This document shows positions 19,159 to 27,891 of a DNA stretch of 64,000 nt, in pieces (the stretch's first letter is position 1; each line of letters opens with the position of its first letter). Origin of the DNA: an uncultured Thermoplasmata archaeon (GTDB lineage: Archaea; Thermoplasmatota; Thermoplasmata; Lutacidiplasmatales; UBA184); NCBI GenBank assembly GCA_963708255.1, contig CAVPSE010000005.1, forward strand, positions 182,347-246,346, read 5' to 3'. The notes below the pieces were generated by a model. The model made no database searches, had not been told where the DNA came from, and saw only the letters and a program-made list of their open reading frames with translations. Made by a program: the position numbers and the translations under genes.

Positions 19159-20800
19159 GGCGTCTCCGGCGGAATCCCGGCGAGCGCCGAGAGCGGGGTC
19201 GGGGTGACCGGGGGCCGCTGGGTGATGTACCCCACCTCCGACGGCGGCCGCCCCTCGAGCTGGCTCAGGAGCAGGATGACGTCGGGGAGGCAGTAGCGAC
19301 CCTGGCAAAGGCCGGTCCCTGCGGCCGTGTACCGCTTGATCACTTCGATCCCCCGGTACCCGCGGTGGGACGCTTCCTCGATCTCCTCCAGGAGCACATC
19401 CTCGCACGGACAGAGCACGAGCTTGCCGCGACCCCGGGGCCGGCCGAGCCACTCCCGATAGTAGCCCTCCAGCTCCCCGGGAACGTCGTCCGCGACGCGG
19501 GGGGGCGCTCCGACGGCGCGACCGAGTCCCCGAGGAGCTCCCGGGCGGCCGCCGCCCCGCTGGAAGGGGACCCGGCCGCGTCGACGAATCCGGCGGAGGT
19601 GCCGGCGGCCCACAATCCGGGAACGGTGGTGGCGCATCCCTGGAGCTCCGGATAGTACGCCCCGCCCGTCGAACGCCAGGCCATGCGGGCCCCTGCCTGG
19701 AAGAACAGCTGTGGGTTCGGGAGTCGCCGGTGCGCCAGGACGATCGCGTCCGCCGGGACGATCGTTGGGACACCCCCCCCGCGGGCCGCGAGGCGGACCG
19801 ACCGGACCCGCCCGCCGCCATGGGCGCCGAGGAGCAAGGTGCGGGGGTAGACGGGCACCCCGAGCCGGGCCGCCCGCTCCGCGACGAGGCCGTGGACCGC
19901 GCCCGGGGCGACCACCGCCTCGACGCGCTCCCCCCACGTGTCGAGAAGCGTTGCGACCCGGGGGCTTCCCCCGACGAGAACGGCGTGGCGGAACGGCGGA
20001 GCGCCCTCGGGGGCGGAGATCGCGAGCGCGCCGTCCGCCGTGAGAACGCCGGGGCGATCGTTGCCAGGGAACATCAGCGGGCCATCGTACCCGCCCGTGA
20101 CCACGAGAACGCGCTTCGCGGAGATGGAGATCCCGACCGTACCGTCCCGCACCGCCAGGGCGCGGAACGGCCGGTCCGGGTCGGGGCGGCCGGGGAGGAA
20201 CGACAGCTCCGTTCCCCCGAGCCACGGGACCCCGGCGACCTTTGGGAGTCCGGGGAATCGTTCGACGACCGTAGGCACGATCCCTCGATCGAGCAGGATG
20301 CGTGCGGCGTCAGAGCCGCTCCGCCCGCCCCCGACGATCAGGACGTCCGTCTCGATCCGCTCCCCGGGCGTAGGGGGAGGGGCCGGCGTGTCCGGGACAC
20401 GACCGTAACCGGCCAGGCGCCGGACGACGCGCTGGTAGAGGGGGGTGAACGCCCGGGGACGCCGGAACCCGTGGGACGTGTCGAGACCGCGGGGGAAGAG
20501 GTGGTCGAGCAGGCCCATCATGTCCCACCGGGGGGATGGCCACGCGTTCTCGGTCCGGATCGCGTCCCCCGGGGAGGGGACGTACCGGCACCCGCGGACA
20601 TTAGGGACGCCGTTCACCCGCACGAGGCAGCCGGTACACTGTCCCGTCCCGCAGAACGGGGCCCGCGGCCGGTGGTATCGGATGGACCGCTGGAGGACCG
20701 GGATCTCCCGGTGCGAGAGGGCCTGGACGAGCGTTTCCCCGGGCGCGGACGCCAGCGGGCGCCCGTCAAAGCGGGCCTCCCGCGGCCTTTCGCTCGCCAT
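19155..20800 (-). CDS. SoxA/HcnAB-like alpha subunit: N-terminal 2Fe-2S domain fused to an FAD/NAD pyridine-nucleotide oxidoreductase with a BFD-like [2Fe-2S] domain; frameshifted between about 19450 and 19700
   Basis: CGTGQCTGCLVRVNG (2Fe-2S). DVLIVGGGRSGSDAARILLDRG (dinucleotide fold). BFD-like LCPCEDV...EVIKRYTAAGTGLCQGRYC in ORF 19155..20225. Confidence 0.6.
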
Positions 20801-20913
20801 GCAGAACGACCGGACGGCACCGGGCGGGCGGCTATTTAGGTCGGTCGGGCCGGCCGTCGGTGGAACCGGTTCCGGAGGGTAGAAGCGACGTGGCGAGGCG
20901 TCGTGCAGGGTAC

Positions 20914-20920
20914 CTATATA
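20914..20920 (+). promoter_or_regulatory. TATA-like box (ctatata) about 30 nt upstream of the AbrB-PhoU paralog 1 start; likely a leaderless or short-leader transcript
   Basis: An AT-rich hexamer in otherwise roughly 70% GC DNA, at the archaeal promoter distance from the ATG at 20950. Confidence 0.4.
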
Positions 20921-20949
20921 GTGTAGGGAGAGGTCCCCAACCCATCCCC

Positions 20950-22026
20950 ATGCGGACCGCCGGCGGATTTCACGGACGACGCATCCAGAAGACCGGCGGC
21001 TCGACGTTCATCATCTCTCTCCCCAAGAGCTGGGTGACAGGCCGGGGCCTTCGCCCGGGGGATGTCCTGTTCTTCGCCCCCCGGTCGGACGGGTCTCTCA
21101 CGGTCTACCCCGAGGAGGGCAGCCGCACGGAAGACCTCCGCCGGACCGTCGAGGTCTCCAACGAGATGGAGGAGGACCACCTCTTCCGCCGGCTGGTGGC
21201 GGAGTACATCGCCGGCGCCCCGCTGCTGGAGGTCCGGACCCCCGGGCGGATGAACGCCCGCACCCGGGACGTGGTCCGGAGCTTCACGCAACGGATGATC
21301 GGCCCCGAGATCCTCGAGGAGACCGCGGACGCGGTGGTCCTCCAGGACGTGGTCGGCTCGAACCCTCTGCCGATCCCGTCGGTCATCCGACGGATGCACC
21401 AGATGGTCCGCGCGATGCAGTCCGACGCCATGGCGGCGTTCCGGGCCCAGGACGGCTCCATCGCCAAGGATGTGGTCGAGCGGGACTGGGAGGTGGACCG
21501 GTTGCACTGGTTCGTCCAGAAGCAGGTCACGACCGCCCTCCGGGACGCCCGGACCCTGGCCTCCCTCGGGCTCACCCTTCCGGAGTGCGCCACCTACCTG
21601 CTCGCCTCCCGGGTCCTCGAGCGGATCGCCGACCACGCGGTCCGGATCGCGGAGACGGTCCAGATCCTCGACAACGAGAAGCTTCCGGCCGGGCTCGTCG
21701 ACTCCCTCGACCGGCTGGCGGCCTCGGCCGCCCAGACCCTGAGCGATGCGGTGGACGCCCTGGAGACGAAGGACATCGACCGCGCGAACAAGGTCGTCGA
21801 CGACGCGAAGCGAGTGGTGAAGGAGAGGGAGAAGATCCTTCGCGAGCTCGCCACGAAGCGGGGCCGGATGGCCGTCGGCCTCGCCTACGTTCTGGAGAGC
21901 CTCGAGCGGAGCGCATCGTACGCGAGCGACCTCGCCGAGATCGCGATCAACCACGCGGTCTCCAACCGGGCCGAACCGCCCATGGCACCCGTGCCGACCG
22001 GCAAGGCGGCCAAGGCCGCGGCCTAG
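20950..22026 (+). CDS. AbrB/SpoVT-domain plus PhoU-domain regulator (archaeal PhoU-like phosphate-signalling regulator), paralog 1
   Basis: N-terminal swapped-hairpin RIQKTGGSTFIISLPKSWVTGRGLRPGDVL, followed by two PhoU-like helical repeats (…RVLERIADHAVRIAE…, …ESLERSASYASDLAEIA…). Confidence 0.75.
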   Translation: MRTAGGFHGRRIQKTGGSTFIISLPKSWVTGRGLRPGDVLFFAPRSDGSLTVYPEEGSRTEDLRRTVEVSNEMEEDHLFRRLVAEYIAGAPLLEVRTPGRMNARTRDVVRSFTQRMIGPEILEETADAVVLQDVVGSNPLPIPSVIRRMHQMVRAMQSDAMAAFRAQDGSIAKDVVERDWEVDRLHWFVQKQVTTALRDARTLASLGLTLPECATYLLASRVLERIADHAVRIAETVQILDNEKLPAGLVDSLDRLAASAAQTLSDAVDALETKDIDRANKVVDDAKRVVKEREKILRELATKRGRMAVGLAYVLESLERSASYASDLAEIAINHAVSNRAEPPMAPVPTGKAAKAAA

Positions 22027-23174
22027 AAATCCACCGGGCTCCCGGCCGCGGCGGCGCGAAGGAGAAGCCCTGCCTCCGCGGCGGAGGGGACCCGCGGGTT
22101 CGACGTGATCCCTGACATCCGAAGCGCGCGTGCGACGACCACGTCGAGCTTCCCCTCCAGCGAGGAGGTCGGGATGCCCGCGTCCCGCAGGGTCTTCGGG
22201 AGCCCCGCGGCCTCGGTGGCCGAGCGGAGCGCCCCGGAGAGGGCGTACCGGTTCTGGACCAGCGCCACGCCCAGGGTCGGTCCGAGCGCGGCGTACCGGT
22301 CCCGGGCCGAGGGGAAGTTGAACTCGACGACCGGGGGGAGCAACGGGGCCGCGAGGCGGGCGTGAGGGACGGCGAACTCCGTCGACAGGGCGTGGGCGAG
22401 CGCGTGGGTGAGACCCACCTGGGCGTTCGATGCGGCGATCCCGGCCTGGGTCGACGCGTAGAGCAACGACTCTCGGAGATCGTCATCGGGCTTCCGACCG
22501 AGACGGGTAAGTCCGGGTACGCCGACCGAGAGGGCGGCGCGGGCGTGGGCGTCCGAGAAGGGGTTCGCCCACTCCGAGACCGCGGCCTCCAGGGCGTGGG
22601 AGATGGCATCGGCGGTGGTCTCCGCGGCGACCCTCGCGGGGAGGCTCGTCAGGAACGATGGGTCCACGATCGCCCAGTCCGGCACCAGCTCCCGGGAGGC
22701 GACCTCGAGGAACCCCCCGTCGTCGCCGTGCAGGTGAGCGACCCAGCTTCCCTCGCTCCCGCTCCCGTGCGTGGTGGGGACCGCCGCGAACCGGCTTCGC
22801 TCTCGGAGGGAGAGAGAGGTGAGGGGGGTGATCGACTCCCACGCGAGGTCGGGGTGCGACCCCCGGATCCAGAGCGCCTTGGCCGTATCGATGGTGCTCC
22901 CCCCTCCGATCGCGACGATCCAATCGGGCGTCGAGGAGCGGGCCGCCGGCACGAGCGCCTCCACGGTCCGGACCGTGGGCTCTCCAGGAGGGATCGTCAA
23001 CACCTCGACCGAACCGTCCATCTTCCGCAGCTCCTCGACCGCGCGGACCCCGGCCGGGGTGGGGGCGACCCCAGGGTCGAGGATCGCCAACGTCCGTCGC
23101 GCGTCGAGCGCGCTCAGCTGCTGGACGGCCCCGGGACCGAGGGCGATCCGCGGGGTGGTGAAGAATCCGAGCAT
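22023..23174 (-). CDS. Iron-containing alcohol dehydrogenase family (Fe-ADH / glycerol dehydrogenase-like) oxidoreductase
   Basis: DWIVAIGGGSTIDTAKA nucleotide-binding motif. 383 aa. The overall Fe-ADH architecture also covers archaeal G1P dehydrogenase relatives. Confidence 0.7.
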   Translation of the reverse strand: MLGFFTTPRIALGPGAVQQLSALDARRTLAILDPGVAPTPAGVRAVEELRKMDGSVEVLTIPPGEPTVRTVEALVPAARSSTPDWIVAIGGGSTIDTAKALWIRGSHPDLAWESITPLTSLSLRERSRFAAVPTTHGSGSEGSWVAHLHGDDGGFLEVASRELVPDWAIVDPSFLTSLPARVAAETTADAISHALEAAVSEWANPFSDAHARAALSVGVPGLTRLGRKPDDDLRESLLYASTQAGIAASNAQVGLTHALAHALSTEFAVPHARLAAPLLPPVVEFNFPSARDRYAALGPTLGVALVQNRYALSGALRSATEAAGLPKTLRDAGIPTSSLEGKLDVVVARALRMSGITSNPRVPSAAEAGLLLRAAAAGSPVDF

Positions 23175-23193
23175 CGGTCCCCCGGCGATGGGT

Positions 23194-23584
23194 CTACTCG
23201 GGGGCCGCGGGACCCTGCCGGCAGCGCGGGCAGGCCCCGGTCAGAGAGAACGCTACCAGGTCCACCGACCACCCGTCCGGCGCGGACCGGGAGATCGCCT
23301 CGAGCCGAAGCTCCTCGTCGGTCTCCAAGGCGAGGGCCGCGATCCGCCCGCAGTTCCGGCAGACGATGTGCGCGTGGGGCCTCTCCGCCAACAGCGGACG
23401 AGGGCCGTCCGAGCGGACCGGACGGGCCGGTTCCCGCGGGGGGACCGGCTTCGCCCGGCGCCGGGGACGCGGTGGGAGGGTCTTTCGCGACCGACGTGGG
23501 GAGGGCACGTCGTCTCCGACGGAGCCCCCGTATTTGAGATGGCGGCGGGCGCCCCCGAACGTAAGCGAACGGTGAAATTCCATC
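23194..23584 (-). CDS. Fur-family C-terminal (metal-binding/dimerisation) domain ORF; the N-terminal wHTH is not recognisable (truncated or frameshifted)
   Basis: HAHIVCRNCGRI (HxHxxCxxCG) and GACPRCR (CxxC) at the C-terminus of the frame in ORF 23194..24351. The preceding 60 aa are R/P-rich and low-complexity. Confidence 0.35.
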
Positions 23585-23610
23585 GAGGTCGTGATCCACC
23601 GGAGGGAGCG

Positions 23611-23940
23611 ATGGCGGTCCGACCCGTTCGGCTGGACCTCGTGATGGCCGAGTGGTGTCCGCACTGCTATCCATTGTCCACCGAGCAGGCGAAGCTGCTC
23701 GCCAAGGATCTCGATGTACCCCTTCGGGTCCTCGACATCGATCAGCGTGAGCAGGAGCTGGTGGCGGATGATCTCGTCCGACGGTACGGCGACTGGACCG
23801 AGGACTACCTGATCCCCCAGGTGTTCCTTACCCTCGACGACGGCCGGGTCGTGCACCTCCTGACGGGGACGCCGGGCAGCGTCGCGGCCACGGGGCGCTC
23901 CTGGGAGCGGGTCCGGGCCGAGCTCGCTCGCCCGGCCTGA
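23611..23940 (+). CDS. Thioredoxin-fold / glutaredoxin-like small redox protein (CPHC active site)
   Basis: MAVRPVRLDLVMAEWCPHCY... (109 aa). A ggaggga SD-like stretch lies 4 nt upstream of the ATG. The C-terminal part of ORF 22771..23940 is the only part that is not antisense to the ADH. Confidence 0.6.
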   Translation: MAVRPVRLDLVMAEWCPHCYPLSTEQAKLLAKDLDVPLRVLDIDQREQELVADDLVRRYGDWTEDYLIPQVFLTLDDGRVVHLLTGTPGSVAATGRSWERVRAELARPA

Positions 23941-23949
23941 TCGGTCCGG

Positions 23950-25133
23950 GACGCTAGGCGGACGGCGCCGCGGCGGGGATCGGTGGCCCGGACGGGGCGG
24001 GGGGCTCGGACCGGCGCGTCGCCCCGGATCCGTTCGATCCGGGCGGCGATCGCCCGGTCGAGCCCGACCTGGGCGATGTCCTGGGCGTACGCCGCCGTGC
24101 GGTCGATGGACTGGAGAACCAGCCCCAGGGACGCGGAGGCGAGGGGGGAGAGCTCCGGGGCACCGTCGCGGACCAGGAAGCTCTCGGTGAGCGTCGCGTG
24201 GGCGGCCAGGAGCGCTTCGCCCGTATCGATGAGGTCGTTGGCCCGGTCCACCTCCGGGTGCTCGGTCACCTCGAACGCGCTCGCCAGGTACTCCACGGCC
24301 TGTCGGTGGTAGGCCCTCAGGGCGGCGGTCACGGCCTCCGGCACCGGGCACTCGGCGAGGCGGGCCGCGTTCTCACCAAGGATGACCGCGTGGTCCCCGA
24401 CCCGCTCCAGGGCCCGGGCGAGCAGCAGAGGAGAGAGCGGGTCGTGCCGGGGGGCCGGTTCCCCCTCCCCGAGGTGGTGTGGGTCGAGGCGGAGCACGAG
24501 CGTCCGCTCCACGAGCCAGGCCTGGCGATCCACCTCGTCGTCCCGCTGGGCGAGGCTCCCGAGATCGGCGTGCTGGCGGAGGTCCAGGAACCCGCCGGCG
24601 GTCGTCTGCATCTCATGGACGAGCTGGAACATCCGGCGGAGCAGGAGGGGTGGGGCCAGGTCGGGTCCCGCGGTGATGTCCCGGAGGACGAGCACCTCGC
24701 CTTCGTCGCTCACGACCTCCGGCTGGACCGCCCGGCGTCCGAACATGCGGGCGATGCTACGGGTCTCGGCCGTGATCCCGCCGGGTTCCAGCAGGACGAC
24801 GTCCGTGGCGCCGCCGAGGTACGCGGCCACGAGCTGGCGGAACAGGTGCTCGGGCGGGGTGTTCGGCGGGACCGCTATCGTGCAGGTGTCCCGGTCGGCC
24901 TCGGCCAAGGGGGCCCGGACCAGCAGCGCCCCGTCCTGCAGGGTCTTCAGTTCCACAGGGCTTCCCGGCGCCAGGCCGCGTTCACCGACCCAGGACTTGG
25001 GGAGCACAACGCCCACCGTCACCGAGCCCATTCGCTGGAGGCGCCGCGGCGTGTTCGTCGATCCGTCGGCCCCGCGATCGGGGGCCGGGCGCCGCCCCGA
25101 GGCGGCCGTTCCCTTCTTTCCCTTCGTTGTCAT
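23950..25133 (-). CDS. AbrB/SpoVT-domain plus PhoU-domain regulator, paralog 2 (the C-terminal tail of the listed ORF is probably out of frame)
   Basis: MGSVTVGVVLPKSWVGERGLAPGSPVEL (AbrB-like) followed by PhoU-like repeats (ARALERVGDHAVILGE, QSIDRTAAYAQDIAQ). The last roughly 60 aa of ORF 23805..25133 are R-rich junk. Confidence 0.65.
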
Positions 25134-25157
25134 CGGAGGGAAGATGTCCGAGGACGG

Positions 25158-25165
25158 ATATATAG
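25158..25165 (-). promoter_or_regulatory. TATA box (tatatat) about 25 nt upstream of the paralog 2 start (leaderless mRNA); flanked by a direct repeat ATAGACT x2
   Basis: An AT-rich island ggatatatagcgattggatttagaatATAGACTtagcaATAGACTatagg inside GC-rich DNA, immediately 5' of the ATG at 25133. Confidence 0.45.
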
Positions 25166-25229
25166 CGATTGGATTTAGAATATAGACTTAGCAATAGACT
25201 ATAGGTTACACGTGCCCGCCAGCCCGGGC

Positions 25230-26060
25230 TCACTCGACCTTGAGGTAGCGGCTCGCGACGAGGGTCCCTCCGACGAGCATCACCGCGGCGAACACGGCGA
25301 GGTAGCCGAGGTAGGCCCAATCGGCGACGCCGTTGACGAGGATCCCGCGTCCGAACAGCGCCGAGTAGCCGACGGGGTTCCAGTTGGCGATGTCCTGCAT
25401 CCAAGTCGGATAGTTCGCGGAGGGGAACAGCGCCCCGCTCGCGAACATCAGTGGCATGGTGATGAAGTTCGAGATGACGCCGGGGGTCTGCCAATCGGTG
25501 CTGGAGGCCGTCACGGCGAGGAAGAACGCCGAGAAACCGATGCCCAGGAACAGAGGCCGAGGATCCAGTCCGACCCACATCAGCGGGTCCCCCTCGAAGC
25601 GGACCCCGAAGACGTACGCCGCGGCGACCATGACGGGGATCTGGACCAACCCCCGGGTCGCGGAGCCGAGCGCCTTGGTGAGGTAGACGGTCGCCTTGCT
25701 CGTCGGGGTCAGCAGGATGCGCTTCATGAAACCGAACCGCTTGTCCTGGATCGTGCTCATGGAGCCGAACATCCCGATGGAGAGCATCGAGGTGCTCAGG
25801 ACCCCGGGCAGTAGGAACTGGAGGTAGCCCGTCCCGGGGGGCGCGTGGAGCAGCTGCGTCCAGCTAGGCGACCGGGACGTTGGCGAAGCTGCTCCCGAAG
25901 AAGGCGAGCCACATGAACGGCTGGACCAGGGTGATGACCAGGACCCAGGGGTTCCGGAACGTCTTCGACGACCTCGCGGGCGTAGAGGCCGATAGAACTG
26001 GCTCCCCTGGGCGACCCAGTCGCCGTGCCCGGTGCTCGGAGCGGTAGCGGGCAGCGCCAC
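25230..26060 (-). CDS. ABC-2 type exporter permease (the N-terminal part of the listed ORF is out of frame)
   Basis: C-terminal 200 aa have the ABC-2 membrane pattern (LQFLLPGVLSTSMLSIGMFGSMSTIQDKRFGFMKRILLTPTSK...). The first 60 aa of the ORF are R/S junk. Confidence 0.6.
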   Translation of the reverse strand: MALPATAPSTGHGDWVAQGSQFYRPLRPRGRRRRSGTPGSWSSPWSSRSCGSPSSGAASPTSRSPSWTQLLHAPPGTGYLQFLLPGVLSTSMLSIGMFGSMSTIQDKRFGFMKRILLTPTSKATVYLTKALGSATRGLVQIPVMVAAAYVFGVRFEGDPLMWVGLDPRPLFLGIGFSAFFLAVTASSTDWQTPGVISNFITMPLMFASGALFPSANYPTWMQDIANWNPVGYSALFGRGILVNGVADWAYLGYLAVFAAVMLVGGTLVASRYLKVE

Positions 26061-26089
26061 GATTCGGTCGTCCGGGTGCTCATTGTCGC

Positions 26090-27075
26090 GCCCTCCGCAC
26101 GTTCATGTAGAACTTCCGGAAATCGTGGACGTCGCTCGCCGGCCTGGTCGATCTGCTTGCCGGTCATGTCCATGAAGACCGATTCCAGGCTCGGCTTCTC
26201 GACGTTCAGGCGGCGGATCCGGTCGGTCCCTGACCAGCTGGAACAGCTGCGGGAGGACCTCCTCGGCAGCTGCTCACCTTGAGGATCCAGGCCTTTCCCT
26301 GGCTCCGGACCTCGAGACCCCGGGGATCGCCCGGAGCAACGCCTCGTCGATCCCGTCGGCGAGGTCTCGAGCTCGATGAAGTCGGCCTTCACCCGGGACT
26401 TGAGCTCGCCGGGGGAGCCCGTGGCGATGAACTTGCCCGTGGTCGATGATCGAGATCTGGTCGCAGAGGGCGTCGGCCTCCTCGATGTAGTGGGAGGTGA
26501 GCAGGACCGTGACGCCGAACTCCCTGTTGACGCCGGTGATGAGCTCCCAGAGCATCCGTCGGGTGCTCGCATCGAGGCCGATCGTCGGCTCGTCCATGAA
26601 GATCACCTCGGGCTGGTGGAGGAGCGCGAGCGCGATCTCGAGCTTCTTGCGCATCCCGGTGGAGTAGCGCCGAGACCTTGTCGTCCTTCCGGTCGCGTGA
26701 GGTCGAAGTACTGGAGGAGCTCCGTCGCCCGTGTCCTTCCAGTCGGACAGCCGCTGGAGCTTCGCCTGGAGCCAGAGGTTCTCCCACCCGGAGAAGTCGT
26801 CGTCGAGGATCACCTCGGCCGCCACCCAGCCGATCGTTCTCCTTGACGTGCATCGGCTCCGTCCGGACGTCGTACCCCGCGACCGAGGCGTCCCCCGCCG
26901 TGATGTCGCTGAGCCCCGTGAGGAGCTTGATGATGGTCGTCTTCCCGGCGCCGTTGGGGCCGAGGAGCCCGAAGACGCCCCCGACCCGGACGTCCATGTC
27001 CACGTGGTCGACCGCCAGGAGCTTGCCGTACGCTTTGGTGAGGCCGACCGCGCGGATCGCGCTCCCGTCGGTCAC
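26090..27075 (-). CDS. ABC transporter ATP-binding protein (DrrA-like), split across three overlapping ORFs by frameshifts
   Basis: Walker A GLLGPNGAGKTTIIKLL in ORF 26389..27075. Signature and Walker B regions ...KKLEIALALLHQPEVIFMDEPTIGLDA...VLLTSH in ORF 26274..26825. C-terminal ...IATGSPGELKSRVKADFIELE in ORF 25796..26572. Confidence 0.65.
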
Positions 27076-27599
27076 GGGCCCCGCCTGCCCCGCCGCGTGC
27101 GACGCAGCTTCTCCAGCCCCCGCGTCAGCTCGGCCACCGCGTCCGAGCGGAGGTGTCGCCCCTCCGCCGCGTCCGTGGTGGCGCGCTGCAAGTGGAGGGT
27201 TAGGCCATCGATGGACGTTCTCAATCGCACCAGCAGGAAGGCGCCGGGGTCCCCCGCCCCCATGACCTCAGCCCACAGGGCCGTCAGGTCCGGGGTCCCC
27301 GGCCGGGCTGGGGCAGACCGGGCCCGGAGGCGGGCAAGGAGCTGCCTTCCCGGCTCGGTGATAGTGTAGTCCTGGCGACGGCCACGCCGGGTCCGGCGGG
27401 CGAGGTCGCGGCGCACTAAGCGCTGGAGCGCCGGGTACACCGCCCCCGGCCCCGGGCGCCAGGCACCGTCCGTCCTCTCCTCGATGCGTTCGGCGAGCCG
27501 ATAGCCGTAGATCGGTCCTTCGCGCTCCATCAGAGCGAGGGCGTACAGCGTGAGGGCCCCCCGGGCCCTTTCGCCGCTCCGGGGGGGGTTGGGGACCAT
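27072..27599 (-). CDS. PadR-family transcriptional regulator, first gene of a PadR-ABC2 operon
   Basis: LYALALMEREGPIYGYRLAERIEERTDGAWRPGPGAVYPALQRLVRRDL is the PadR wHTH. The start is the internal Met MVPNPPRS of ORF 27072..28286. An AT-rich patch (taaaata) lies about 30 nt upstream. Confidence 0.75.
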   Translation of the reverse strand: MVPNPPRSGERARGALTLYALALMEREGPIYGYRLAERIEERTDGAWRPGPGAVYPALQRLVRRDLARRTRRGRRQDYTITEPGRQLLARLRARSAPARPGTPDLTALWAEVMGAGDPGAFLLVRLRTSIDGLTLHLQRATTDAAEGRHLRSDAVAELTRGLEKLRRTRRGRRGP

Positions 27600-27891
27600 G
27601 CTACCCCCACCGCGGCAGATAGGTATTTTACTATTACGTATGCGATACATGAGGCCCGGCTCCGGTCGCGAGGATATGGTCCCGCCGGGGGCCGGTGTCG
27701 GGGTCCCAGGCAAACGGACGCCGGATCCCAAAGCACGGGATGGGTCCGACATCACCGCGACGTTCGGGCCAGCTCCTTGGCGGATTCCCTGACGCCCTGG
27801 GGCCTCCTCCCATCCAACGCTGACGCGCGTGGGAGGAGGGGACCCGCAGGGAGGTACGCGGGTCCCGGAACGGGTTGTGGAACAGGATCCC

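Noticed and set aside
17989-19821. 610-aa ORF 17989..19821 as one protein
   Set aside because: Only the middle roughly 390 aa (SoxB-like) is real. The first roughly 210 aa are the SoxA gene read out of frame, and the last roughly 60 aa are out of frame relative to the true C-terminus in ORF 18000..18323.
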